Shown here: positions 23,301 to 36,426 of the stretch, one piece after another | Position numbering within the stretch: the stretch's first letter is position 1 | Layout of the letters: each line of letters starts with the position of its first letter | From: Azolla caroliniana | Lineage: Eukaryota > Plantae > Polypodiophyta | NCBI GenBank assembly: GCA_043228905.1 | Contig: JBHGNT010000001.1 | Location: forward strand, 3,906,001 to 3,970,000 | DNA: 64,000 nt | Direction of reading: 5' to 3' | Position numbers and translations under genes: made by a program | Notes under the pieces: model-generated | Seen by the model: only the letters and a program-made list of their open reading frames with translations | Told to the model about the DNA's origin: nothing | Databases searched by the model: none

Positions 23301-26300
23301 ATCTCGTTCAGGTTACTTGAAAGTGGTCATTATTGTTAGCTATAATCAATGATCAACCCCAAGTTGTAAATCTATCCCCATATGTACTCTTAGAGTGCAC
23401 ATTTTATGATAGTGACCCAAATGAGGAGTAGCTATTGTGCAATTCGACCATATGGGTTGATAAGGTGTCAATCTAGGAAACCATAGATGCGTAGGACACA
23501 ATGTATTTAGGAAAGAGTGAAGTAGGCTAATAGGATTGGCTAATCAAGTCAACTAGAAGAATATTTTGTGGGCAAGTTACTATGTACTTAGTCTTGAAGT
23601 ATGTGCCGTTGACTTTAAGTACTATCTAGCACTAGCTTGTATCTAGGGACAGAAAAGGCAAGTCAGTTGACAGAAAAGGAATATCTCCACTACTATCAAT
23701 TGACATGCACATTTAATGCTAATCTCAGACCAAATAGAGAATATAATCCACTCTCTTACGCAGTGGTGTGAGGATCATCAGTCCCCACTAATTTTGTAGT
23801 GAGCTGGTTCAGATCCCATATAAGCTCTAAGGTGTGAGCGCATGGGTGAACTACCATTGTGAGCTACTCTCATATGTAATAGAAGTTTTGTTTTCATATA
23901 TCCATCTCTGTGATTGTAACTCTTTATACCTATCTAATCGATTCTCAATATTTCTAACAATTATCACTTGGAATTGGCATCATTTGTCACCCATGTGATT
24001 GTAAATAAAGGATGACAGATCGGGTAATAGCAACGTGTCCTGCACATTGTTATTATCCCATCTACTCTAACCACTGATTGAAAATAAATGCCATTATTAC
24101 TTGGAACCAAAATTTGCTTCCCTCGCTTCGGAGATCTCCCCATGTCAGAGATTTTTTGAAGGTGGAAGTTTCAATCTAACTAACATCAGAATCTTAAGTG
24201 CTTAGATGTCTAGGTTCTTTAGCACCCTATGTTCAATTTCCCCTTGGACGTGGGATATTTTCCCTTTCCCCTTTTTCCCTAATATAGAGATTCTACTCTA
24301 ACCACTGATTGAAAATAAATGCCATTATTACTTGGAACCAAAATTTGCTTCCCTCGCTTTGGAGATCTCCCCATGTCAGAGATTTTTTGAAGGTGGAAGT
24401 TTCAATCTAACTAACATCAGAATTTTAAGTGCTTAGATGTCTAGGTTCTTTAGCACCCTATGTTCAATTTCCCCTTGGACGTGGGATATTTTCCCTTTCC
24501 CCTTTTTCCCTAATATAGAGATTCTGATTGGTATTCTTGTTGTCTTTGTACAACTGTATATTCAGTTTGTTCAGTAAGTAAATGAGTCTGTTTTAAGTTT
24601 CTGACAATAAACATTGTGCACTATAAGTTAAAATAATACAATACTGGGTAATGTTGGTAATGCTTGAAAATATTAAACCTTTGATGTGGAGATCCGACAT
24701 TACGCCCCACATAGAGAGAGGCTCCTAGTCTAATATTATATTTGTAATTGATTTACGAGCAAGAGAATTTATCGCAAGATGTATTTGAAGCTTGAAGCTA
24801 GACAACGCTTGCTGATAATACAACTAGCTATATGTTTTTCCTACATGTGAACGTCACCGTGGATGAATCTTTGGATCTTTGATGGTCACATATATCTGTC
24901 TTCTGTATTTTTTAATCGACTTTTTGATGTAATGTCTGTCTAACCATTTTTATGTTTTCTTCATATAAACTGTTTCAGCTGCAATTGTTGAAGCTTGCAA
25001 CCATTGTTGACGATATTGTTAGCAAGGAGATAAAGGATAATATGTATGATAGGATTGTTGAGGGATTCCAACTTCTGAACAGATGGACAAGTTGTATATG
25101 GGAGCAGTGCGCGTGGAAGTTTTCGAGACCCTGCAAAGATGCATCACCTATTGATGAGGATCAATCCCTGACAGTCTCAGATTATGAAAAGGTATGAGAT
25201 TCCTCTTGATATGGATTCATGATGTCTCTTTCTCAATCCCTTGATTTGGAAGGCTACCTGTCAAGCAGGCGTTTCACAGACATGAAAATATCTTTCATAA
25301 TGAATTTCTTTTTTAGTAGGTAGTACGATGTAACTATAGTCAAGAAGAACGCAGGGCGATGGTGGAACTTACAAGCTACATCAAAGGAATTGCAAGTATG
25401 ATGGAGAAAGTGGACACATTAGTGACAGATAGTGTCTGGGAATCAATTCATTCTCAAGTTCAAGAGTTTGTGCAAAATAGGCTATCTGCCATGCAAAAGA
25501 CATCCTTCAGAAAGAAGAAAGATCTTACACGGTATGATGCCACTAATGCTATGTTTATCACCACTTTTACTGAAGATACATATTCTGCTCCAAGATTCTA
25601 CAAAATGATATAGTTTAGATAGCATAGCATAGTCTATAGCGAATTAGTTCCAGGATGTGTAGTAACCATGTGTGTCAGAAACTACGAAACAAAGTTTCAG
25701 TCTGGAAAAGAAATGGGGAAACATGAAACATTAATGTATACAAATAAATACTCAAGTTTCAAAAGAACAAAAAAGTATATTGAAGTGTGTGGGTGGCATA
25801 TATGCACGTATGTGAGAGAACAGAATGACAATGTCTCCCCAAATGAAACCATGTTCGCATTTTAAATAGTCTGTTACTATTATATCTCTTGAGAGATAAA
25901 TGAATCAGTGCATGCTAAAGGAGGATCTTGGGGCTTTAGGGTGATACTTATATATTCTTGAATGGATATGAAATTGTCTAGAAGATGCCTTGGATGGAGA
26001 AATTTTGTTCATGGCATGAGAAATATGGTTTATGTTTTTTTAGCATGGTTATTTTGTACTCTATAATTTTGTATTAAACGAATTGACTTGCAGGATAATT
26101 GCGGATATGCAGACAATTGCAGCTGATTTAATGGGCAATGCAACAAACCTAGACACAGATCAGTTAAAACGAAGGCATGGAGAAGATAATACAATCTTCT
26201 TTCATCCCCGACCTGTTGCTCCAACAGCTGCCCAGGTCCTATTCTGTTTTCTTAGGGCAGTTTAAACAACAAATTTGTTATCTTGTTTGGGTGAAAACAT

Positions 26301-29300
26301 ATACTGAATGATTGTTCTTGTTGATACAGCTACATTGCTTGCAGTTTCTTATACACGAACTAATCTCAGGAAGTGTTCCGAAGAAAGCAGGGGGTTTTTT
26401 TGGAAGTAGTGATCCTGAAGTACCACAACATGATCTCCGATACTTAGAGAGTTTCCTGAATAAGCTAGCATTTTTCCCTCATATATTGGATTATAGAAGT
26501 AGGTTTTTTATTCCTATTCTGGTAGAAAAATGCTAATAATGATTGGTATACTCACATTTGATGTTTATTAAATCTCTGCAGTTACACTAGCACACGTTAC
26601 TGACCTTGGCTTCTTATGGTTCCGAGAGTTCTATCTGGAAACATCACGTGTAATTCAGGTATAATGTTCTTTCTGCTGTTTTTCTCTTATGATATGACTC
26701 ACATTCAATTCAATTTTCTTTTGAATAATGTAACTAGTCTGAAAATACAATTTTAATGGATGATTGGTTACTAGGACAGTCTTTATTCTTCTTAGGAATA
26801 AAGTAATACATCTTCTTTTTCATCACAGTTTCCTATAGAATGCTCGCTTCCTTGGATGCTTGTGGACCATGTGATTGAATCTCGGGATACCGGGCTTTTG
26901 GAGTCAGTTCTTCTCCCATTTGACATTTACAATGATTCTGCTGAATATGCGTTGCATGTACTGAAGCAACGGTTTTTGTATGATGAGATTGAAGCAGAGG
27001 TAAGAATTAACAGCATTCAGCTCTTCTAGTTTGTTAGGAGTCATTTTATCTAAATATTCATAACTTCAATTGCAAAAGATGAAACCAACCATTCTAAAGT
27101 CTTACAATATCTTATACTAGCTTGTTGGAAATCCCACTGTAGCTTTCTAATTACCACTATTGATGCAGACTGCAACTCTCTTGCACTGCTACTCTTTTCT
27201 CACAATCACAAATATGGTACTGGAAATTTTCTAGTAATTACACGTTATAACCCTTGGTGATAACTTATGTGAACCATTGGAGCTCGGTTAGAGCCTGAAT
27301 GGTAAATTGTAATGTATTCCCAAAGAAATGCAGGGTAGTGGGTACGGTGGCTGACTATGGCTTTGTTGGGCGTGGGGAGGTCAGATATATTATCAGAACA
27401 GTTTTGGGGAGGGGGGGGATCAACTTTATACATCAGTATTCCAGCTCATTTGTCAGCACATGGTTGTTTCTTTTGTAAAACTAGCCAAAGTGGCCCTTTT
27501 TATACGTTTGGCATGCACATATTTGTGGAGCTTACTAGTGCTAGATGTTTGTATGCTCTATGTAGTATGAATATGATTCTAGTTTCAGAAGCATCTTTCC
27601 AGAAAGAGAGAAAATCTGAATAATGGATATGATTTCCAGTACATGTTTTTTCTGCGTCTTTAATAATTAAATTGATATGTATTTTGTCATCCAAAATAAT
27701 TTTGCAAACTCTGTTATAATTATCTAATGTCAATGCATGATTTCAGGTGGATCTGTGTTTTGATCAACTCGTATTTAAAATAACTGAGCACATGTTTTCA
27801 CACTACAAAAGTTTTGCTGCAAGGTATATATGTCTACTGCATGATTTGAGTTTGAGAATGGGATTGTGAGGTTCTCTCAGTGAATACTCTCTCTCTCCAT
27901 CTGCAGTAAAATGCTTGATAGTCTGTTTCTATCTGCAACTGAAAACTCTGAGAGGTTTCTAGTACTACCAAAACGATATGAGGCACTCTTCAGATTGAGG
28001 AGGGTGAAGGTTTGTCTCTCTAAGCTAAGTCAAAGTATGCTAATGGTCAATATCCATACCTTCAAGACTAAAGTTATTTTCATTTATTTCTGCAGCTTCT
28101 AGGACGGAATATAGACTTGGCATATCTGATTGGCCAGAGAATGAACAAGATATTCAGGGAGAATCTTGATTTCATCCTTGAACGATTTGAATCACATGAC
28201 ATATGTTCCGTTGTTGTAAGCATTTAGAAAACTATTTTTTTATTGCATGATGTGTACCTGGATCTATGAAGTCTGACACTTCATGATATTTTCATTTAAC
28301 ATAGGAACTTTATCAGCTCATTGAAGTTTTACGATCGACACACCATCTTCTAGCCAAGTCTTTAAGTTTGGACTCTTTCAAGATGATGCTAGAGGAGGTG
28401 ACAGAAAGTATCTCACTGGTTTCCTTTTCTGGAAGAATTTCTTCCCAGGTGCTCAATTTTTCCTGTTTGCATTTGGAAGCACTTTCTTGGGTCAGAACAC
28501 ATTCTTTGTTTTATCTCGTAAGATTTCATATGGAGATATAATTTATGTTAACAAATTTATCATTGTGTATCATGGAACTCTGTATTGGTTCTCATGAGAC
28601 CTATGTAGCTACTGCCATCAACATATTCACTGAGGACATGGTGGAAGAACACATGTAGAGAAATGGTAGAAGTCAGGGAGCCCATTTTATAATCATTTTC
28701 AAAGAGTTTTTGATGTAAAGAGAAAACTAACAACATAAGGAACTCACCAAATTTATGTCTATCTTCAAACCAATCTGTTAGAGACATAGATTTAAAACAG
28801 AACCAATTTGCTGAGGTTTCTGATGGATAAATCACAAGAAGTCTGACAGTAAGAACTGCTTCTTTAAAAACATGAATTCTTATGTATGTTTTTCTGTTGT
28901 AGATTAAGATTAACAGTCTGTTTTTGTGGTTTACATTGTAGGCTGAGCTGGTGTATGGAAGATGTCTTTGAGTACTTTGACGATTTCAAGAATTTTTATT
29001 TAATAGTATTTCTTACATTAGCACTTTGCAGATGATCCATACTAGATCGGTTTATCCATTAGAAAACTTAACAAGTTGGCTCTGCTTTGAAGCATGAGTT
29101 CTTATGTATGTTTTTCTACTGTAGATTAAGCTTTACAGTTTGGCATTGGGGTTTACGCTGTAGATTGAGGTCGTGTACGGAAGAGTTCAAACATTTTTAT
29201 TTAATAATATTTCTTATATTAGCACTTTGCAGATTATCTTCACTAGACTTGTGGATACAGAATTTTTTCTCATATAATGGTTTATATAGTAAATGTTTGG

Positions 29301-32300
29301 GGTAAATTATAACAAGAGGTTATGTAGATGGTGATTAACTTATTTGTATCTGTGGAGATATGTAGGTTTATGCTGAGCTTCAAACTGACATGCTTCAGAA
29401 TTTTATATTATGCAATACAACTCAACGTTTTATACGATCCCCCAAGAGCTGTCAAAAGCATGTTTCTAGACTTGCAGCACCACATGGGAAATTGAGTTTT
29501 TTGTGTGGAACTCATGTAAGTCAATTTAAGTTTGGATTTGTACTTTGTTGTCAGAAACCTTAATACTGCATATGCTTTATCAATAATGATGAATTCTTGA
29601 AGTCTATGATTCTATGCCATGATTTGTAAACATACTCAACTCAACCTTGAGTGGAGGAGGGCAGCACACTGAAAGGATATATATTGTTATGCATGGAAAT
29701 CCTTTTAGGAAACGGAACACTGCTTTTAACCTTGAATAATCCAATCAAACATGTTACATGTAATACAACTTGAGAAACCATTCCTGCGCTAGGTAATGAC
29801 TAAACATGTTACATGTTGCATGGAGTATCTGAAACCATTCCTTTGCATCTGCACAAAACAAGAAAACTATCCCTGGGCTAGATAATGACTAACCATGATT
29901 TCCCTGTAGTGACTAGGTATTATATCCTATCTGGCTACTAGGGAAGCCCTCACGTATATTTCTATTAAAGATTTGTGCAATATGCAGGTCCAAGGTATCT
30001 CATCGCCTTTATTGAATAGAGCTAGGTGTAGTGCACCATCCGCCATATTGGAATAGTCTGCGTTACTTCCTATTTATGGAAGTTATTTGAATGATTTATG
30101 TGTAGTATGCATCAGTAATAGGTCATATCGACCAAACATAATTGTGGGAATTAGTTTTTAATCTCTTAATAGTCATTTCAAGTTGAACATGCTGCTTGTG
30201 CTTAAGTATGATATGCATGCAGCACATAGAACCATGTGGAAAGGTATAAACTACATGTCATCCATGGGTTTTATCCTGCATGATTGCTACTACGTGGATT
30301 TACATGTGGTAATTACTTCGATCAATTTGTTATTTGTAGTCAGGGTTTAGTTGGCCTTACGCTGGTAAATATCTTTCTTTTTGCCGTTGATTACAGGACT
30401 TGAACGTTGCATATGCAGCCTTGTCGCAGCTGTATAGTAAATTTTTTGGATTACCACATTTATTTGCAATTGTCAAGCTGCTTGGTTCGTCTCTCCCATG
30501 GCTGATTCGCTCAGTTTTAGATCTTCTTTCTCAAAAGGTAAGACATTATGCTGTGAATGTTTTCAGATCACTCAACACACTAACTTGAGGCTGCTTTATG
30601 CTACATAGATTATGTCTTTGGAACCCAAAGTTACAGAACTTCGTGGAGAATTGCCAAAGGCCATACAAATTCCTCCATATGATGGTGGAATAGCAGGTGA
30701 CTTGGAAGCAGCTGTTTTTTTTGTGGTTTTCATGTGTCATAGGAGGGAAAAAGTTTAAACATAATTCTAACTTCTAATAATGCGTCTTTTTTAGGATGCT
30801 TGATGAGCTTGCATGAACAGCTCCAGTGGGCAACAAACTATGAAAGCAGGGGTGAAATATTGCAAATTTTGAAAGAAATTGGAAGCCTTATTTTTTTCAT
30901 GAATCTTCTTGATACAGCTGTGGTATGGAAATTTAACGGATAAATATTCGATGATGCTTGTATTTACTTTCGCTTCTAAATGCGCTTTCTTTCCGCAATT
31001 GCAGCAACAAGTAGAAACTCAAGACTTTATGCAAGCAGCCCCATTTTTGGGTCTAGTTCCTGGTTATGATGGCCAGGTGCAGAGAATCCTTTCAAGTGAT
31101 GGAAGCAGCCCTTTTGTGAATTTGTTCCAACGGGCAACAACTGCCGTTTTGGCTCATCCTGGCTGTCTGGATTCATCACCATTTGTTGCACTCTGTAAAC
31201 AATCTGAAGCTGCAGGTGCTCTTTCCGTTTTTCCGAAGGAAAATATCCATTGTCTAGTTAAGAATAGAGAATGAAATAACTGAAACTTATCTTGTAATCA
31301 AATATGTTCTCTAATACTGATGCAATAACACTAACGAGCTTCTCAAATACTCATTTTCTGGAGTACTTGAGGACTTATTTTTCTGGTTGTCCATCTCTTT
31401 GAAGTTTGTATGCATGACAAATGAGCTGCAATTCCTGAAACCTGTACAATTAGTTATGTACTATTAGCCAAGTCTGATAAAAACATATCTACCCAAACAC
31501 ATAGCATTCTAACATCAGGTCTGTTGATATCAGTATGCGATATATAGTAATAGCACTTCATAGAGAGGCTATCTTAGATCAGATCCTGAAACACAAGTGT
31601 AGTGCTGCAACAGACTGATTCCTACACTAGTTTCACAAGATAATGTAACTCATTTATAATGGGAAATGTTTTGTTTATCTGCTGTGACAAGAGACATAAT
31701 TATCAATAGCAAATAATTAAATTACATTTTCTTTAACAATCATACTAAATTTGTGATTTTTTATCCATTTCATTTAACATTCAATGTTCAGAATACGGTT
31801 TGTGGTCTGTTTTGTGCTAAGATATGGTTTAACTAATAATTTGACAACTTCTATCTTTGCAATTTCTGTATGGATATCTTCATGAATTGACATCATGTGA
31901 GAATTATCCTGTTAGATAATCTTGCTATGAGGAAAGCAGAATCTGGTAGCATTTTGGAGTATACTCTTGAATTTCTTACAAGGACATTGGATACCGTACG
32001 TGCCAGATGGAACTCGGCATCGAAGACAGGACTTATCGAAATTACATCATCAAAGGAATTCCATCGTATCTACAGTGGCGTACAATTTGTAAGTCTATAT
32101 ATTATGCTGGTTGTTAAGATAATGTGACATAAAAAACATGCAGCAAGGAAAATTCTGCATGATAAAATGTTGTTTAGTGCACAAGGTTTAATCTTCTGGA
32201 GACCACAATATGGAGTCAGATGTTTTCAGTCGCTAAACATTAGACCATTGCAATCTAGAAAAAATTGAAGCTACTAAAGTCTAGCGATATTGCCTAAATG

Positions 32301-34062
32301 ACCATCAAAACAGCATCTTGAAATTCTCGTCTTATCGAAACCTCTCTTTTTTCCCAAGAAAAGAAAGAAAATATAAGACCATAATGGCTACACCTGAGAT
32401 TTCCAGTAAATGAATTTGTACATTAGTTTCCTGGGAATCCATTCAATAAGTTGGAAAATGGATATTTCCACCTGAAATGATTGTTGTTCTCGATCTTTTA
32501 TTTTCATAACAGCCAAATAGGTATCCTATTTGGCCTTTTTTTTTGTGAGGAAGAAAATAACATAATCAGCCAAGTTTGAAGCAAATGTACTCAAGCCTGG
32601 CACTTCGTCGCCAAAAATGCTGGTAGGACATGGATATAATCATATAGGTGCTGCTGAAATGCAAGAATACTTCATTACATTGGATAATGAAAGTACATGA
32701 ATCAGCCCAGTATGAGTCCCTCTATTTACACACATCACAAGATGGATTCATTATAGGGATGAAAATAACATCTAGTGTGATAGGGCAGTGCAAAACTTCA
32801 AATCAGTTAGACATTGAGATAGATGCAAACCTATGGAAGAGTGGATTTACTAAATGTGCCATTGGGATAGGAATCAGAGGAAGAGGAACAATATATTGTT
32901 TTATGAAATAAGGAGATTCTACTCTTGGGACTATTCTTGCTAGAAAGTAAGAGATATAGAGAGAAGAAGTTGAAGGTCAACAATACAACCAATAGCTCAT
33001 CAACAAAGAACAATTTGTTGTGCAAGTAGGCCAAATCAATCTAAACCATGACAACTTCATCACCATTGTTATCAACAAATAAATGCCATTATCACCCAAC
33101 CCTGATGACGCTTCCCTCTCATCTTGTCTCGTCTTGCTCTGCCTATGTTGGAGATTTTCAATCCATCTAAGCTCAGAATGTTAAGTGGTTAGCGAGTGAG
33201 ATTCTCTGGTACCTTTGCCAGCTCCACTACTTTAGTTTGTTCTCCTCAAAGATGTGATTCACCTTTAAGATGTAATCTCTCATTTAGTATGATAGGCAAC
33301 TTTGGCCTCTTAAAAGACATTAATATACTGTTATTTCTTTCTCTTTATGTGTGTTAAACATGTGATCCTCTATATGTTTAATTTCCCCAGTCATATATTT
33401 ACATTCTAATCAAAGTGATTTATAAGGTTTACTGTGGAGAACCTGTCGAAGATAAAGCTACCAACCAAGAGCGATTTGGTGATTCTGTGTCATGGGGTGG
33501 CTGTACAATTATGTACCTGTTGGGGCAACATTTGCGATTTGAGTTGTTAGACTTTGTCTATCATTCTCTGAATGTTGCTGAAGTTGAGATTGTTTCATCT
33601 GTCAAACAGACAGCACCTTCGTTCAGTCAGGTATCTTAAATGATGACAAATAATGGAAATTCATACTTCAGTGTGGAAAAATGAAATTGTTAGTTTATCT
33701 CTTTTTAATGACAGGATCTGGAGATATTCATTGAGAATGGAAAGAAAGTAAGGAGGCTTAATACTCATGTCTTCTCTATGCTAAAAGCATGTTATCCACT
33801 AGAGGATAAGCAAGCATGCATGATAAAACAAAGTGGTACATTCGTTCCAAGGATCAAGTATCCCAATACACCCTCAGCTTTTGAAACACTTCCTGTCAAA
33901 GGTATGCTACAATTTATATATACTTCTGTAAGTAGTATTGTGTATACTGTTGAAGAAAACTTTTATGCATCAAGTCTTACTGCCTGTTATTCTAAACAAA
34001 TCATCCATTTTATCTACCACTCTGATAATGCAGGAGGGAACAAGACTAGGGAAGCCTGTTGA
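17308..34062 (+). CDS. PIR: PIR/PIROGI (SRA1/CYFIP), SCAR/WAVE complex subunit, about 31 coding exons
   Basis: Starts MAVPVEEAVAALSTFSLE. Exons encode LDHLKNAKASIPNDFSWYKR, TDLGFLWFREFYLE, QFPIECSLPWMLVDH, QRFLYDEIEAEVDLCFDQL and FGDSVSWGGCTIMYLLGQ. The last exon 34034-34062 ends ...TREAC*. The frame is continuous when introns 20773-20861 and 21491-21665 are removed. Confidence 0.96.
20773..20861 (+). other. Probable U12-type GT-AG intron in PIR
   Basis: 5' end GTATCCAT, branch-like TTCCTTTAT at 20831-20839, phase 2 (AA|T, Asn). Confidence 0.6.
21491..21665 (+). other. AT-AC (U12-type) intron in PIR
   Basis: 5' end ATATCCAA, branch CTTAAC at 21652-21657, 3' end CTTAC. Removal gives ...REAAE-YQRHY in frame (GA|G). 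Confidence 0.88.
21880..24530. mobile_element. Decayed transposable-element sequence (probably retroelement) filling the 3.2-kb PIR intron
   Basis: The intron is far longer than its neighbours and contains stop-ridden ORF fragments and blocks shared with 32857-33192. Class and boundaries are uncertain. Confidence 0.55.
24061..24522. repeat. 231-bp near-perfect tandem duplication
   Basis: 24061-24291 and 24292-24522; I see two C/T differences. Confidence 0.95.
28871..29249. repeat. Degenerate intronic duplication of about 160-180 bp
   Basis: CATGA(A/G)TTCTTATGTATGTTTTTCT...ATTAGCACTTTGCAGAT at 28871 and 29093. Confidence 0.85.
32857..33192. mobile_element. Shorter relative of the element in the 3.2-kb PIR intron
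   Basis: Colinear blocks TGCCATTGGGA, TTTTATGAAATAAG, GAAGTTGAAGG.CAACAA.ACAACC, CTCATCAA.AAAGAAC and AAATAAATGCCATTAT match 23004-23235 and 24082-24205. Confidence 0.6.
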
Positions 34063-34464
34063 AGATGAAATATATAATTCTCGTTTGGACTGAATAGAAG
34101 TCAGTCTGGCATGTGAAGTAGACAGGACTTGAACCTGTGAAGTTTATAAAGACTCATTACATCAATTGTTCCTTCTATGGTTAATACATGTAATAACTGT
34201 CGCCTAGTTCATAAAAGAGCTGGAAAGCTAGACTTGGGAGTCCAAGAATGTGAGCTATGTTTTTAAGGATAATGTCAGTAATCAATGAGCTTCATCATTT
34301 GCTAAACTAAAAAAAAGGGTTATTCCATTTTACATTTTTGTTAAATTTCCAATCCTTGTAACACCTAGTTAGCTTGAAAGACAAAGTAACTAATTAGTTT
34401 TAAGAGTCAAGTCTGATCTCGTTTAGTTGACATCCTTTGACAGTCCGATTGCTGAAGGCTTGTC

Positions 34465-34718
34465 ATGTGTAATCAAGCACAAACTAATTGTCTAATATAG
34501 CAAATCTGCATAATATGATTTTTTATTATGTGTAATCAAGCACAAACTAATTGTCTAATATAGCAAATCTGCATAATATGATTTTTTATTATGTGTAATC
34601 AAGCACAAACTAATTGTCTAATATAGCAAATCTACTTATCTCTTGCATAATATGATTTTTTATTATGTGTAATCAAGCACAAACGTATGGTCTAGTATAA
34701 CAAATCTACTTATCTTAT
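34465..34718. repeat. 63-bp minisatellite, about 4 copies
   Basis: ATGTGTAATCAAGCACAAACTAATTGTCTAATATAGCAAATCT... at 34465, 34528, 34591 and 34665 (third copy has an 11-bp insertion). Confidence 0.95.
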
Positions 34719-34938
34719 GTGTGAGGTCATGTGATCCCTTGTTTCTATGAAGATGAGAAAAATCACCACTGCAGTATAAATATGCGACATTTTACTTTGT
34801 TTAAGACTGTTAAACGGTACTCCTATTTTATAAGGGAAGACAGGTATATTCACATGTACCCTGCTACTGGTGTGGAATTGGAGCAAACGCAAAATGTAAT
34901 GATTTATATTTATATCTTTGAAAGTGAAGAAGCATCTT

Positions 34939-35010
34939 GCTTCCATAGCACAGCGGTAGTGCACTCGCCTTGTAAGCGAAAGGTCGCGAGTTCAATCCTC
35001 GCTGGGAGCT
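34939..35010 (+). tRNA. tRNA-Thr (anticodon UGU)
   Basis: 72-nt cloverleaf: acceptor GCTTCCA/TGGGAGC, D stem GCAC/GTGC, anticodon loop CTTGTAA, T arm GCGAG-TTCAATC-CTCGC. Confidence 0.95.
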
Positions 35011-35015
35011 CATTA

Positions 35016-35020
35016 TTTTT
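35016..35020 (+). terminator. Pol III oligo-T terminator
   Basis: TTTTT starting 6 nt after the tRNA 3' end. Confidence 0.75.
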
Positions 35021-36426
35021 CGTTCGTACAGCTTCCTCTTTCGTGGTGCTTTGCTGAATTATTCAATTTTTATCCTCTTTCTTCGTCCACAATCACTATC
35101 CTAAACTTGCAAGTCCAAGATCATCATCTGGTTTCTTAAAGCAATATGATTAATACTTCAATAGGTGAGTGTCTATGAAACTCTGTTAGGAATTTTGGTT
35201 AAACAAAGAAGACATTTAAATAACCAAAAATACTCTATTTTTTATTGTGGAGGGTGTGTTGTGTTACCACATGGGGCATGAGTAACTAACCTTAATTAGC
35301 AAGTTCAAAATGACGATCTTTTAGGACTATAGATAAAATGAATGGACATATGAGGATTATTATGTACATTGTGTTTTATAAAATGGCCCAAATATATAAC
35401 ATATATAGTACAGAAAGGAGCCAATGGCAACCCATGAGGAATGACAATATGCATTTTGTAAAATGGGCCACAAAATTATTACTAGGCGAAAGGATTGAAA
35501 AAGCAACATGAGGTCAAGAAGTATATTAATGAAAAGGTGATGTTTGTATCTACAATTTCATGCATAGGGGCCACCAAGTACCATTTGGTCTGCAAGCATC
35601 GTGTTTGTGAAATTGGTCACACATGTCCTTGCTTTTTTTTTATCTGTTTGCTTCAAATGTCCTACTTTCTTTAAATGTCCAAACAAATTTGCATTTGGTC
35701 CTCTCAATTAGCTTTTGTTTTTTGTTGGTATGAGTTACAATCTTTTGCTAGAATGATACAATATCCCTAGTAATCAATCATTGTAAACAACACAAGAAAG
35801 AGGACACTACAATTCCTAATTTGACAACAGTAACTTTTCAATGCTGCATTCTTCTATCTATCGATGCAATCATCATTTTTACAAGGTTCATCACTAGTGA
35901 AGCACCCCTCCTCAATAAATAGATGTTTTAATCAAATCCATTATACTGAAGTTCGTTCACTAGAAAATAATTAGCATAAACCATTTTGGGTGACTCAGTC
36001 AGTTTAAGTGTATATGCCAATATTGGTAGTACAATAATTCATGGCATATGTCAATAAACCCGGCCATAATACATTTTCATGCATCTTCCATATCTATATT
36101 CCAAATCCATGAGATAAATTTGAAATGAATTGAAATTTAATAAATTAACTTCCGCAATAGGCCAAAATGACCAAAACAACTAAAGTTACAACCACTCTCT
36201 GACACATGATACAACTGTCAAATAAAAATGGCTGAAGAAAATAATAATAATAGAATACTTAGAGTTTATTGAAACCTTCGTAGATGAAATTAGCTGATGA
36301 GAGAAATCATCAGGTCTGAAATGCCTACAAATTAGAACTAAGCTCCCTTCGTTTTGGAAAATGCTAGGAAAAGATTAATCTATTAATGATGTATCCAAAG
36401 ACGGGAAGTTCCGTAAGCCTTTGACC

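Noticed and set aside
29981-30000. Possible 7-nt micro-exon CAG|GTCCAAG|GTATCT
   Set aside because: The flanking exons already join in frame and the motif could arise by chance.
34465-34718. CRISPR-like array (also considered for 48279-48465 and 56530-56895)
   Set aside because: Eukaryotic context, no unique spacers and no cas genes; these are ordinary tandem repeats.
34731-35057. 108-aa ORF across the tRNA
   Set aside because: Chance ORF overlapping a clear tRNA gene.
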